A stretch of 64,000 bases of DNA from Verrucomicrobiota bacterium (GCA_039815375.1 JBCBZJ010000004.1:96001-160000), one strand, 5' to 3'; positions 10,954-21,339 are shown, numbered from the stretch's first letter. Made by a program: numbers and translations. Notes: generated from the sequence alone by a model not told the origin.

Positions 10954-11721
10954 CTACTCCTTGACCGCAGCACGGCGGAATTGAGTATAGCCATTCCTGA
11001 TCGAACTGTAGGGATCGATTGCCGGACCCTTGAGCTGCTCATAAAGCTCCATGATTGATGGGCTCGATACTGTAAATTCAGTAACTCCCAAAATGAAGCC
11101 AGGCTCCCATCCCCAATTCCAGTTATCCTCGTCAGTCAAGTCGAACGGCTGTTGCAGCGGATTCACTGCACGATCTCCGATGTAACCGGCAAGGTCTCTT
11201 AAATTAGATGGCCCAAGAAGAGGGAGGACGAGATAGGGGCCCTCGCCGATACCCCAACTGCCAAAGGCTTGTCCCATGTCTTCCGGTGGAATTGATTCGA
11301 GCATCTTGATTTCGTCGGCAGGTGTCGCAAGTCCAAGCGAGCAACCGGTGTTCACCACAAAACGACCGGTCTCCACTGCCGCTCCCTTGACTCTTCCCTG
11401 CAGAAGATTTGCTGCCAAGCGGACAGGATACTTTAAGTTATAGAAGAAATTGTCCGCGCCATCTTCAACTGGATCGGGTGTGACAGCCTGATAGCCATCT
11501 GCCAGCGGTCCCACTAAATTCACATAAACGAAATCGTTAAACCGGAATGTGTAGCGGTTGAAGGATTCGAAGGGATCGCTGACCGGAGCACCTTCTGATA
11601 TCTCTTCATCGTAGAGATCCTCATCAGTCAGGAAATCTTCGTCAGCAGACGCTGGTCCAGCGACAAGGCACAGCCCAATACCTACAAGTAATAAACGTGG
11701 ATCAAATGTTAATTTCTTCAT
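10954..11721 (-). CDS. mlaA: MlaA/VacJ-family lipid asymmetry protein
   Basis: DPFESFNR, EDMGQAFGSWG, GPYLVLPLLGPSNLRD and DPY motifs. Confidence 0.93.
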   Translation of the reverse strand: MKKLTFDPRLLLVGIGLCLVAGPASADEDFLTDEDLYDEEISEGAPVSDPFESFNRYTFRFNDFVYVNLVGPLADGYQAVTPDPVEDGADNFFYNLKYPVRLAANLLQGRVKGAAVETGRFVVNTGCSLGLATPADEIKMLESIPPEDMGQAFGSWGIGEGPYLVLPLLGPSNLRDLAGYIGDRAVNPLQQPFDLTDEDNWNWGWEPGFILGVTEFTVSSPSIMELYEQLKGPAIDPYSSIRNGYTQFRRAAVKE

Positions 11722-12316
11722 CTAAGTTCTCTTTGGATAGTAATTCTTCGAGTTTACTAATCAATTCCTTACCATCACCCTTACGAAAATGGTCGTCAAT
11801 TTGTTCGCGGTAGTTGGAGACGACACTGATGTCCTCCGCGACGATATCGTAGATCTGCCAGCCGGACTGCAACTTGCCGAGGCGATAGAGAACCTTGATT
11901 GCCTGCCCGTCCAAAACGATGGTTGAAGGGATCTCCGCGCGCTTTTCAGAAACCGACACCAGCTTGCCAAGCTTAACCACCGGGCGGTCTTTACCATTCA
12001 TTCCACTAACATAGGCCTTAACCACCAATTGCTTCACGAGTTCCAATACACGCTCTTGCTCCGGTGGACTCATCAAATTCCAATTCCGCCCGATTGCGCG
12101 GCGAATGATCACAGTCAGGTCATATTCCGCCTCGATAACTTTGCGCACGCGGGCCTGTTTTTGCTCAGCTGTATTCTCGAGGTAAGGCTCGCCATAGATT
12201 GCCTCAATTGCGGCATCAATCACCGTGTTTAAGCGCTCTACTTCGCCAGTGCTCCCATTGACAATCGAAAGGCTGACTGTCAGATAAACCAAAAGAGCTG
12301 AAAGGTATTTCTTCAT
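11702..12316 (-). CDS. mlaC: MlaC/Ttg2D periplasmic lipid-binding protein
   Basis: Signal peptide, WQIYDIVAEDISVVSNYREQ motif and operon position. Confidence 0.9.
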   Translation of the reverse strand: MKKYLSALLVYLTVSLSIVNGSTGEVERLNTVIDAAIEAIYGEPYLENTAEQKQARVRKVIEAEYDLTVIIRRAIGRNWNLMSPPEQERVLELVKQLVVKAYVSGMNGKDRPVVKLGKLVSVSEKRAEIPSTIVLDGQAIKVLYRLGKLQSGWQIYDIVAEDISVVSNYREQIDDHFRKGDGKELISKLEELLSKENLDEEINI

Positions 12317-12334
12317 CGTTTGTTCTGATAGAGA

Positions 12335-12793
12335 TTATTCTTCATCATCGTCTATTCCACCAAGAGCGAAACGGCTAATCAAGCCTTCGATATCCATTGC
12401 CGCTTCGGTATCGACAATCAAGTCCCCGGGTTCGAGGGCAAATCCGGAGCCACCCGGTGAGAGTTCGATGAAGCGATCACCAATCAGGCCGGCTGTCTTA
12501 ACGGAGGCAATCGTATCATCATCCAACTGGAGACTCTTTGGCAGCTCCAGAGTAACAATCGCATAAAACGCTTCATTCAGAACAATGTCCTTAACCGTCC
12601 CGACTCGGACACCTGCAATCTCTACTCGGCTACCGGGATTCACACCAGCTGCACTTGAGAAACGTGCCTCCAATTCGTAGCTATCGCGGCTAAAGAAACC
12701 TGCACTACCAACCTGAATAGCCAGATACAGGACTGCAACCAAGCCCGCCAACACAAAGCAGCCCACGAGAAATTCAATTTTACGATTATTCAT
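12335..12793 (-). CDS. mlaD: MlaD MCE-domain protein
   Basis: N-terminal TM, VEIAGVRVG and TAGLIGDRFIELSPG motifs. Confidence 0.95.
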   Translation of the reverse strand: MNNRKIEFLVGCFVLAGLVAVLYLAIQVGSAGFFSRDSYELEARFSSAAGVNPGSRVEIAGVRVGTVKDIVLNEAFYAIVTLELPKSLQLDDDTIASVKTAGLIGDRFIELSPGGSGFALEPGDLIVDTEAAMDIEGLISRFALGGIDDDEE

Positions 12794-12803
12794 CTCTGTA
12801 AGA

Positions 12804-13547
12804 TCATACCGACCGTCCGAATGTAGCCTTGTTCAAAAAGCCTGCAAGCGCGGACTCGGCCTCCGTGTCGAGGACCTCAGGTGCTCCAAAGAACTTAATT
12901 CTACCCTCGTCCAACCATGCCACTCGATCGCTGATTTCAAACACTTCCGGAATATCATGGCTGACCAACAGAGCGGTAAAACCAAAGCGTTGACGATAAT
13001 CGGCAATCATCTCGAAGACACCGAACTTTCGTTCAGGGTCCAGACCAGTCGTCGGTTCATCGAAAAGCACGATCTGGGGATTCGTGACCAATGCACGGCC
13101 CAGAGCGACGCGTTTCTTCATCCCGCCGGAAAGCTCTCCAGGGTAACGATTCGCGGCATCACTTAACTCCAGTTGCTCAAGCATGGCCTCTACCTTTTCT
13201 CGAGTCTCCGTAGGCTTCAGCCGAGTCGCTTCATTCAACGGCAGGGCAATATTGTCGTAGGCCGTCAGGGAGTCAAAGAGCGCATTGTTTTGGAACATAT
13301 AGCTAAAGACAGGAACCCCTGCACCCGCCTGATTGCTATAGTCGATCGGTCGCCCATTCAATTCGATTTGACCGGTATCCGGCTCGAGCAAATTCGCGAT
13401 ACATTTGAGAAGGACAGATTTGCCAATACCACTCTTACCGATGATCGTCGTAACCGAGGCTTCAGCTACATCCAGATCAATCCCATCAAGCACCCGGTTT
13501 TCTCCGAAATGCTTTTTCAAGCCGCGAATCTTCAAGTTGGCTTTCAT
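12804..13547 (-). CDS. mlaF: MlaF ABC ATPase
   Basis: GKSGIGKS Walker A, LSGGMKKR signature and FDEPTTGLDP. Confidence 0.93.
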   Translation of the reverse strand: MKANLKIRGLKKHFGENRVLDGIDLDVAEASVTTIIGKSGIGKSVLLKCIANLLEPDTGQIELNGRPIDYSNQAGAGVPVFSYMFQNNALFDSLTAYDNIALPLNEATRLKPTETREKVEAMLEQLELSDAANRYPGELSGGMKKRVALGRALVTNPQIVLFDEPTTGLDPERKFGVFEMIADYRQRFGFTALLVSHDIPEVFEISDRVAWLDEGRIKFFGAPEVLDTEAESALAGFLNKATFGRSV

Positions 13548-14324
13548 CTAGAGCAAGAAAGAGGTGATCAGATAGTCAGCGGCAAGGACTCCTACGCTCG
13601 ACCAGACGACTGCACGAGTCGCCGATTCGCTCACACCGCGCACGCCCGGGAAGGAAGCCTTTCGGTGGGTATTGAATCCACGATAGGCACAAACGGAGAT
13701 CGTTAGTAGGCCGAATACCAAAGCCTTGATGAAGCCACCCCGCACATCCGCCCAAGTTACGCTTTCAAAGACTCGGTTCCAATAAACGCCAGCATCGACG
13801 TTGAGTAGAACCGAACCCGTCAAATAGCCGCCAACTATACCGATCAAGTCAAACGCCGCGGTTAAGATCGGATAACAGATCAGAGCTGCGACAAGCCGAG
13901 GGCCGACGAGGTAGCCCTTAGGGTCGATACTCATAGTCGAAAGTGCATCAATCTGCTCGTCATTACGCTGGATGCCGAGCTCGGACGACATTGCAGAGCC
14001 AGCCTGACCCACAATCATCAAGGCGGTCAAAACCGGTCCGAGTTCTCGTATCAGAGCAAGTGCTACGGCAGTGCCAAGAGCCGACTCTGCACCAAACTTT
14101 ACCAGTGTGTAATAAAGCTGTAGGCCCATGACCAAACCGGTAAACAAACCTACCGTTAACACAATCGGCGTGCAGCGGACACCAATTTCATGAATCGCGC
14201 TCACCAACTTGGCCAAACGATGGCGCTGCGAGCCGTAGCCTTTCAGCGACAAAAAGCCAAATACACTGATTTCGCCCAACTCGTGGACGATAGCCAGTGC
14301 GGCACTGCCAAATGTGCGAATCAT
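13548..14324 (-). CDS. mlaE: MlaE ABC permease
   Basis: RELGPVLTAL, EQIDAL and GVSESATRAVV motifs. Confidence 0.95.
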   Translation of the reverse strand: MIRTFGSAALAIVHELGEISVFGFLSLKGYGSQRHRLAKLVSAIHEIGVRCTPIVLTVGLFTGLVMGLQLYYTLVKFGAESALGTAVALALIRELGPVLTALMIVGQAGSAMSSELGIQRNDEQIDALSTMSIDPKGYLVGPRLVAALICYPILTAAFDLIGIVGGYLTGSVLLNVDAGVYWNRVFESVTWADVRGGFIKALVFGLLTISVCAYRGFNTHRKASFPGVRGVSESATRAVVWSSVGVLAADYLITSFLL

Positions 14325-14908
14325 AGAAAGTAAGTAAGCAAAAAGTCGGAGACCATATGCAGTTGCTTGCTTAACTGCACAAATGGATTCCTAGATTGCA
14401 GATCGTGTATATGAGATGCATGAGCTGAATATATCTGCCAAGACGCAAATTGCTCATATTTTTTGAGGAGCCTACCTGCAGATAATAAAAAAGAACTACG
14501 AAAACATGGAGTGCTATAAGATCACTCTCTGGAAAGACTCAGCCGACGAAGCTTTTCAGATTTTTTTAAATCAGTGCATTTTTTTCGCGCGAGGCCAATT
14601 CTTGAGCTGTCGTTTACGTGGAATGATATCGGAGCCCAATGGTAGAAATCCCGGCGCAAACTAGCTCGAAATGGCAATTCATCTTCGTATGTTTTGCTCT
14701 GTCGTTCTTCGTATAAAGGCTCATCCGAAGCTGCAGATTACTCGGCCGGTCAAAATAAAAAATTCCGTCTGAGCAGTGCAAAATGCCGATAAACACTAGC
14801 CCTACGGCCGACTCAGAGCAGTCGACAGACCCGAACTACTCTGACATGTCGCCCGTTCCGCAAGACGGGCTTGCCACGGACAGGCGCCGCTCTGCTGCGC
14901 GCGCCGAA

Positions 14909-14983
<75 letters not shown>

Positions 14984-15041
14984 TCGAAGGGGCAGGACAG
15001 TAGGATTCGCCTGAAGTCCGTCAAGCATGTGATTGAAGAAA

Positions 15042-16646
15042 TTATTGAGCAGGATTAAGCAGCGCAAGAACCGTCTCGAGCTTGTCGGCCTCGGATACCG
15101 GCTTATCCCGCCGCCAGCGATGAATGCGTGGAAAGCGCACCGCAATACCCGATTTATGTCGTTTCGATTCAGCAATGCCTTCGAAAGCGATCTCAAAGAC
15201 CAGCTCGGGCTCGACGACACGCACCGGGCCATGGCTTTCCAGCGTGTGCTGGCGTATCCAGCGGTCGACTTCTCGAATCTCTTTGTCGGAAAGCCCTGAA
15301 TAAGCCTTTGCAAATGGCACCAATTCTCCATCGCGCCAAATCGAAAAGGTATAGTCCGTATAAAGCCCGGCTCGGCGGCCATGCCCCTGCTGGGCGTAAA
15401 CCATGACTGCATCGACCGTGTAGGGATCTACTTTCCATTTCCACCATTCACCTTTCCTTCGCCCGGCAAAGTAGGCGGAGGATTTCATCTTCAACATCAA
15501 GCCCTCAACCCGGAGCACACGGGAACGTTTCCTTTCCTCGGCGACTTGTTGCCAGGATCCGGCTTCGATGAGAGGTGATAACCGGAACGATTCCCGATCG
15601 AGTGATGCAAATTGCTCCAGCAATTCCCTGCGCCGACTCGTCGGTGACTGGCGTAAATCTTCGCCTTTCAATTCAAGAAGATCATAGGCCATGAAGACCA
15701 CAGGCACCTCCTTGCGCAACTTTGGACCGACTTTCTTTCTACCGAGCCGACGCTGCAGCTCGGAAAACGGGGCAGGTGCATCGCCATCCCAAGCCAGCAA
15801 CTCCCCGTCGAGCACAACATGCTCCGGCCAGTTCCGGGCAGATTCAACGACTTCAGGAAACTGCTCGCCAACCAATTCCTCACCGCGCGACCAGAGTAAG
15901 ACCTCACTTCCCCGTTTAATGAGCTGTGCGCGGATGCCGTCCCACTTCCATTCGATCTGCCAGTCTTCTGCAGCACCGAGTTCCTCGATCGGTTTATCAT
16001 CCAGAGGATACGCCAGACAAAACGGATAAGGTCGCGAAGTATCTTCCTCGGCGGAATCCGGTTCCAGCAAGGCCCGGTATCGCGCAGCCTCAGGCTTCCA
16101 ATCTCCCATCAAACGATGCGCCATCGTAGCCGGTTCGACACCTGCCAATTCCGCAAGTGCCCGATTCACCAAGGTCTTGCTCACCCCAACGCGGAAGCCC
16201 CCGGTGATCAGCTTGTTAAAAACGAAGCAGGCATCGCCTTCCAAACTGTTCCAGTTCGCCGCAATGCTCTCGCGCTGCTCGCTTACCTCAAGGTCCTTTA
16301 GAGGCAGAAGCTTCTCCTCAACGAGTCGATGCAATGGGAGGTCCTTCTCCGGCTCTGCCATAACTTCGCGACTGGCCAGGAGCAGGGCTAGCGTCTCTGC
16401 CAAGTCTCCAACATGGCCATAGCATTCCTCCACCATCCAGAGCGGGTATCCGCATGACTCTGCTGCCCACTCGCGGAGATCGCCTGTCTTCACGATTCGT
16501 TTAAGACGCTTTCCGGTCAGAAAATAGACCGCCCAGGCAGCATCCTTGTCGGGAACATCGGAAAAATACCGCTTCAACGCTGCCAGCTTGCTTGTCGTCC
16601 GGTTCGACGCATCCAGCTCCATGTAGAGTTCTGTGAAGCGTTTCAT
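15042..16646 (-). CDS. ATP-dependent DNA ligase (ligase-associated DNA damage response type)
   Basis: EWKWDGIR adenylation motif, LDGE, EGLMLK, WWKWK and RFPRI motifs; VGDLAET in the N-terminal domain. Confidence 0.95.
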   Translation of the reverse strand: MKRFTELYMELDASNRTTSKLAALKRYFSDVPDKDAAWAVYFLTGKRLKRIVKTGDLREWAAESCGYPLWMVEECYGHVGDLAETLALLLASREVMAEPEKDLPLHRLVEEKLLPLKDLEVSEQRESIAANWNSLEGDACFVFNKLITGGFRVGVSKTLVNRALAELAGVEPATMAHRLMGDWKPEAARYRALLEPDSAEEDTSRPYPFCLAYPLDDKPIEELGAAEDWQIEWKWDGIRAQLIKRGSEVLLWSRGEELVGEQFPEVVESARNWPEHVVLDGELLAWDGDAPAPFSELQRRLGRKKVGPKLRKEVPVVFMAYDLLELKGEDLRQSPTSRRRELLEQFASLDRESFRLSPLIEAGSWQQVAEERKRSRVLRVEGLMLKMKSSAYFAGRRKGEWWKWKVDPYTVDAVMVYAQQGHGRRAGLYTDYTFSIWRDGELVPFAKAYSGLSDKEIREVDRWIRQHTLESHGPVRVVEPELVFEIAFEGIAESKRHKSGIAVRFPRIHRWRRDKPVSEADKLETVLALLNPAQ

Positions 16647-17683
16647 TCGCCGGAAGCCTTCTCCTCATTTCCAACCGCCTCGCCAATAAAGCGCGTCGGC
16701 ACTTCAAACGCATCCAAGCCGCGATTTTCTTTTAGCCACCGAATCAATGGAGCCGCATAACCATGAGTCACACCAATCCGACTGGCACCGCTGGCCTCGA
16801 TAGTTGAGAGAATGCCGCTCCAGTCGACATGATCCGATAGAACGAAACCCCGGTCGAGTGCCTGCCGTCGGCGCGCACCACGCACCGCCATCCAACCTGA
16901 TGCAAAGGACAGCGAGTATGGCGCGAAGCGTCGAATCCATGGTGTATTCTGAGCAGATCCGGGAGCCACAATCAGGCCGCGGCCTTTTAACACATCCTGC
17001 ATCTCTGCTCCGGCTTTCACCGTTGCGGGAATAGGCCGGCCAGCCGCGCGATAGTGAGGCAGCATTTTATCGACTGAACCATGAACGCCGATCGGCCCGA
17101 TCGAAGCGTCAATCCCACAAAGCACACGCTGAGCTTTACCCAGCGCATAGGCAAACAAGATGCTGGTGCGCCCTTCCTTCTGATTCCCCTGCCACCACTC
17201 ATTAATTTGCCGAAAGACTTCTTGCGGCTCCGGCCAGCGATAGACCGGTAGCCCGAACGTCGATTCCGTGATCAGCGTATCACAACGCACCGACTCGAAG
17301 GCTTCACAGGAGGTATCCGAAGCATTCTTATAATCTCCGGTGACGACCCAGATCTCACCTTTATACTCAATCCGTATCTGCGCCGACCCGAGCAGGTGAC
17401 CCGCAGGATGAAACGAAACCTCCACCTCACCAATCCGCCTTTTCTCTCCAAAGGCGATGCCTTCGATCGGCGATTTTTCACCGATTCGCTCACGCAGGAC
17501 ACCGAGACCACTCGCTGCTGCCAGATAGGCCCCCATCCCACTCCTGGCATGGTCGCTGTGTGCATGCGTGATCAGCGCTCGACTTACATTGCGCCATGGG
17601 TCGATGTAAAAATCGCCCGCCGCGCAATAGAGCCCATTCACTGTGACCCGAACCAAGGGGCTTGTTGTTGACCTAACTATCAC
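16643..17683 (-). CDS. Ligase-associated DNA damage response exonuclease (beta-CASP-like metallo-beta-lactamase)
   Basis: THAHSDH, PAGHLLGS, ESTFGLP, YALGKAQR and SDHVDW motifs; 4-nt overlap with the ligase. Start approximate (GTG at 17683). Confidence 0.92.
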   Translation of the reverse strand: MIVRSTTSPLVRVTVNGLYCAAGDFYIDPWRNVSRALITHAHSDHARSGMGAYLAAASGLGVLRERIGEKSPIEGIAFGEKRRIGEVEVSFHPAGHLLGSAQIRIEYKGEIWVVTGDYKNASDTSCEAFESVRCDTLITESTFGLPVYRWPEPQEVFRQINEWWQGNQKEGRTSILFAYALGKAQRVLCGIDASIGPIGVHGSVDKMLPHYRAAGRPIPATVKAGAEMQDVLKGRGLIVAPGSAQNTPWIRRFAPYSLSFASGWMAVRGARRRQALDRGFVLSDHVDWSGILSTIEASGASRIGVTHGYAAPLIRWLKENRGLDAFEVPTRFIGEAVGNEEKASGE

Positions 17684-17730
17684 GACCCACACCTTAACGA
17701 CCTCAATAGACAAATCAACTTTGCCTCGAA

Positions 17731-18351
17731 ATGGACACCACACTGGTCCTCATCCTAACTCCATTCATCACCGCTGCCATCGGCTGGTTTACAAACTGGG
17801 TCGCCATCCGGATGCTCTTCCATCCGAGAGAGCCGCTGCGTCTCTTCTTTTGGAAGTGGCAGGGGCTTATTCCTCGGCGCCAGAAGCAGCTCGCAGCAGA
17901 AGCTGCAGAAATCATCGAACGCGAAATCATGCAACAGCACATGATCGTCAACGAGATCAAGAAGATCGACTTAGGGCCCTATCTTGAAGAAGCCGCCCAC
18001 AAAGTCGTCTGGAACAGAATTGGGCCACAACTTCAGGCTATTCCACTGCTCGGCAGCTTCATCAACGAAGGCATCCTCGCGAAGTTCGAAGTGATCGCCG
18101 CATCCTCAATGAAGGAAGAAGCCGGGCAACTGATGGAAAAAGTCGCCACTGAATTCGAGGCCTCTGTCAGTCTCAAACAACTGATCGAGGACAACATCGC
18201 CGCCTTTGACCTGGTTCGCCTTGAAGAGATCGTCAATCAAGTTGCCAGACGGGAGTTCCGGACTATTGAGCGACTGGGTGCTTTCCTCGGTTTAGTCATT
18301 GGATGTGCACAAGTCGCACTGCTAACCGCCACCGGCACTATTCAATTTTAG
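17731..18351 (+). CDS. DUF445-like membrane protein
   Basis: IGWFTNWVAIRMLFHP...QGLIPRR N-terminus and REFRTIERLGAFLGLVIG C-terminus. Confidence 0.85.
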   Translation: MDTTLVLILTPFITAAIGWFTNWVAIRMLFHPREPLRLFFWKWQGLIPRRQKQLAAEAAEIIEREIMQQHMIVNEIKKIDLGPYLEEAAHKVVWNRIGPQLQAIPLLGSFINEGILAKFEVIAASSMKEEAGQLMEKVATEFEASVSLKQLIEDNIAAFDLVRLEEIVNQVARREFRTIERLGAFLGLVIGCAQVALLTATGTIQF

Positions 18352-18361
18352 TTATTGAAAC

Positions 18362-19177
18362 ATGAAGAAGAAAGAACTCCAAAAACTACCCAACAAATCA
18401 ATGATGCTTATCGCCGGTGTAGCATTCGTTGAGCTCGTAATCTGGGTCACCTATGCCTTTAACAAGCCGGAAGAGCCCACACCGGAAACGCCACCCATTG
18501 CACAGCAGCCCGTAGTCGTCGTCGAGCCGGTAGAACCCGCTCCTGTCGAACCGGAGCCAGTCGAGCCAACACCCATTCCGGAGCTAAGTTGGCAGGAATT
18601 CTCCTCCTTAAGAGAACTCTGGCCAGCTAGTGTCAATATCAGGGAAAATCAGATCGTTGAACTGCGCTTCCGCCAAAAATCTTTCGGGGAAATTTCTTTC
18701 ATGGCAGGCGATACGATCCAGGTAAGTAGCATTTCGAAAGATGGCTTCATCATCGGCCAGCTTAACCGGAGTGGCATCAAGGTTCAGTCGTATGTAACCA
18801 ATCTACAGAGCTGGTTTGATCAAAACCACGGCACAGAATACACGCTCTTGCCCGCAGAATCCGCCAATTTCCAAACGGACACCAATACAGAATTGCAGGC
18901 ACTTGATGTTGATGTGCTGACCGACTTGCGCATCTGGTGCGCCCAGAATTTCGATACACCAATGATCAAAATACTAGAGGACAAGGTTGTGCTCAAATGG
19001 AAACAAAAGGGACTTAATGGAATCGAACTGAAGCAGGAAGCCAACGCCATCGCGCGCGCCTACCTTCGGTTCAACAAGGAGCACGGCGGAGTCGACAACT
19101 TCGCCAATAGTGAGATTCACGACCCACAGACGGGGGCCCTCCTCGCTACAGGGAGTGCTTTCCACCCCGTGCTTTAA
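18362..19177 (+). CDS. Hypothetical membrane-anchored protein with Pro/Glu-rich linker
   Basis: 271-aa ORF filling the gap between genes; N-terminal TM helix and (VEP)-repeat linker. Confidence 0.75.
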   Translation: MKKKELQKLPNKSMMLIAGVAFVELVIWVTYAFNKPEEPTPETPPIAQQPVVVVEPVEPAPVEPEPVEPTPIPELSWQEFSSLRELWPASVNIRENQIVELRFRQKSFGEISFMAGDTIQVSSISKDGFIIGQLNRSGIKVQSYVTNLQSWFDQNHGTEYTLLPAESANFQTDTNTELQALDVDVLTDLRIWCAQNFDTPMIKILEDKVVLKWKQKGLNGIELKQEANAIARAYLRFNKEHGGVDNFANSEIHDPQTGALLATGSAFHPVL

Positions 19178-19240
19178 AGAGGAGTTTACGGTTGCGGCAG
19201 AGCCCAAGCCTTCCAAATTCACGAACTTTTAGGGCTACCA

Positions 19241-21289
19241 ATGACGAACTCTGCCTCCATTCAGCTCAGCTATTGCGATTCCCGCTTGATCGCAAAGCGC
19301 CGGGTCTCACGCGAGATCAAGGTCGGGCATATCGGTGTCGGCGGCACCAACCCGATCCGAGTGCAGTCGATGACGACAACCAATACACAGGATGTCGAGG
19401 CCACCGTGAAGCAAACTCTCGCGCTTGCCGAAGTCGGGTGCGAGGTCGTTCGTATCACAGCACCCAACAAGAAGGCCGCAGAGGCCCTCGGAGAAATTTC
19501 AAAACAGGTCCGGGCCGCGAAATGTGATGTCCCCCTCGTAGCCGACATACATTTTCTGCCCTCCGCAGCCATGGAGGCCGCCAAGCACGTCGAGAAAGTC
19601 CGGATCAACCCCGGCAACTACGCCGACAAAAAGAAGTTTGCAGTCAAAGAATACAGCGATGCCGACTACGAAGCCGAGCTGGAGCGCCTGCACGAAGCGT
19701 TCACACCGATTGTTCTCCGTTGTAAGGAATTAGGCCGCGCCATGCGAATTGGCACCAACCACGGTTCTCTCTCGGACCGGGTCATGAATCGCTACGGCGA
19801 TTCGCCGCTCGGTATGGTGGAGAGTGCACTCGAGTTCATTCGCATCGCTGAAAGCCATGGCTTTCGGGACATCTGCCTCTCCATGAAAGCGAGCAACCCG
19901 AAGGTCATGATTGAGGCCTACCGCCTTGCGGTTGCCAGAATGAACCAGGAAGGCATGAACTATCCACTACATCTAGGCGTGACCGAAGCCGGCGATGGTG
20001 AAGATGCGCGAGTCAAAAGCGCTATCGGAATCGGAACGCTTCTCTACGATGGCCTCGGCGATACCATTCGCGTGTCACTCACCGAAGACCCCATTCACGA
20101 AGTTCCTGTGGCCAAGGACCTTGCCGATAAGGCCACGACTCTTTGGCAACGACAGGAAAGTCTGCAACTCGGCGAAACGACCCAAGACAGTATCGATCCT
20201 TTCGACTTCCGTAAGCGCCAGACCCGGGTCATTGAGCTGGGCCCCGACAGCAGCGTCGGAGGCGAAAACGTGCCGGCCGTCATTGTTAAACATCACCAGC
20301 CGGTTTCCGAACTGCAGAAAATTATCACCGATGTTTGCGGCACCCAAACTAAATTCAAGGATGCCAAAATCGAAGGACTTCAACTCATAATCGAAAACGC
20401 GGCGGACCTGGAGATATTCCAGAGTCTCCACGAAGCGCTCCACAGCGTAGTCAAGTGCTTCGTTCTCGAACTGCTCCATGTGGATCTTTCCGAGCTCGAA
20501 ACCTGCGAATGGCCGAAAGGACTGGCTAGCATAACGCTTCTTCAGCACATTGAAAAGGAGGACGCCTTCTACGCGGCAAGCCTCCTCCAGTTTTGCCGTA
20601 GTAAAGGCTTTAACCTCGCTATCGATTGCACACCCGAAGCACTGAACGAAGAGATCGGCATGCAACTCAAAGACATGGGCAGTGCGAATTTGATTTTAAC
20701 ATGTAGTGAGAAATCGGATACTGTGCACCCGATCGGCAACTACCGTGCACTTGTTGAAGCTGCCCGGGACTTCGTTCCTGACACACCGATTTGGATCCGC
20801 AACACGCCGGGCAATACGATCGCGCCGAAGGATTATTTTTCTGACCGCCTGCTCGAGAACAGCATCTTTAGTGGCGCACTTCTCTGCGATGGCATTGGCG
20901 ATCTCATTAGTATCGAAACCGAGCCGCTAACCGATAAGGCCACTACCCTTGCCTACAACATCCTTCAGGGCGCACGAGCCCGTATCTCCAAGACCGAGTT
21001 TGTGGCCTGCCCGAGCTGCGGCCGAACCCTCTTCGACTTGCAGGAAGTCACCCAGACCATCCGCGCCCGCACCGATCATCTCAAAGGTGTCACGATTGCG
21101 ATCATGGGCTGTATTGTAAACGGACCAGGCGAGATGGCTGATGCGGACTTTGGCTACGTCGGCGGAGCACCCGGAAAAATCAACTTATACGTCGGCAAAG
21201 AATGCGTGAAATATAACGTCCCTGCCCTCGAAGCCCTCGACCGCCTGATCGACCTGATCAAAGAGCACGGCAAGTGGGTGGAGGCTTAA
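19241..21289 (+). CDS. ispG: HMBPP synthase (GcpE), long three-domain form
   Basis: RVQSMTT, PLVADIHF, RINPGN, LHLGVTEAG and CPSCGR...MGCIVNGPGE Fe-S motifs; 682 aa with a central insertion. Confidence 0.98.
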   Translation: MTNSASIQLSYCDSRLIAKRRVSREIKVGHIGVGGTNPIRVQSMTTTNTQDVEATVKQTLALAEVGCEVVRITAPNKKAAEALGEISKQVRAAKCDVPLVADIHFLPSAAMEAAKHVEKVRINPGNYADKKKFAVKEYSDADYEAELERLHEAFTPIVLRCKELGRAMRIGTNHGSLSDRVMNRYGDSPLGMVESALEFIRIAESHGFRDICLSMKASNPKVMIEAYRLAVARMNQEGMNYPLHLGVTEAGDGEDARVKSAIGIGTLLYDGLGDTIRVSLTEDPIHEVPVAKDLADKATTLWQRQESLQLGETTQDSIDPFDFRKRQTRVIELGPDSSVGGENVPAVIVKHHQPVSELQKIITDVCGTQTKFKDAKIEGLQLIIENAADLEIFQSLHEALHSVVKCFVLELLHVDLSELETCEWPKGLASITLLQHIEKEDAFYAASLLQFCRSKGFNLAIDCTPEALNEEIGMQLKDMGSANLILTCSEKSDTVHPIGNYRALVEAARDFVPDTPIWIRNTPGNTIAPKDYFSDRLLENSIFSGALLCDGIGDLISIETEPLTDKATTLAYNILQGARARISKTEFVACPSCGRTLFDLQEVTQTIRARTDHLKGVTIAIMGCIVNGPGEMADADFGYVGGAPGKINLYVGKECVKYNVPALEALDRLIDLIKEHGKWVEA

Positions 21290-21339
21290 GCTGCAGCGAT
21301 TAAGTAGGCATGTGAACGAAAGTAGGACTGTCGCCCTTC

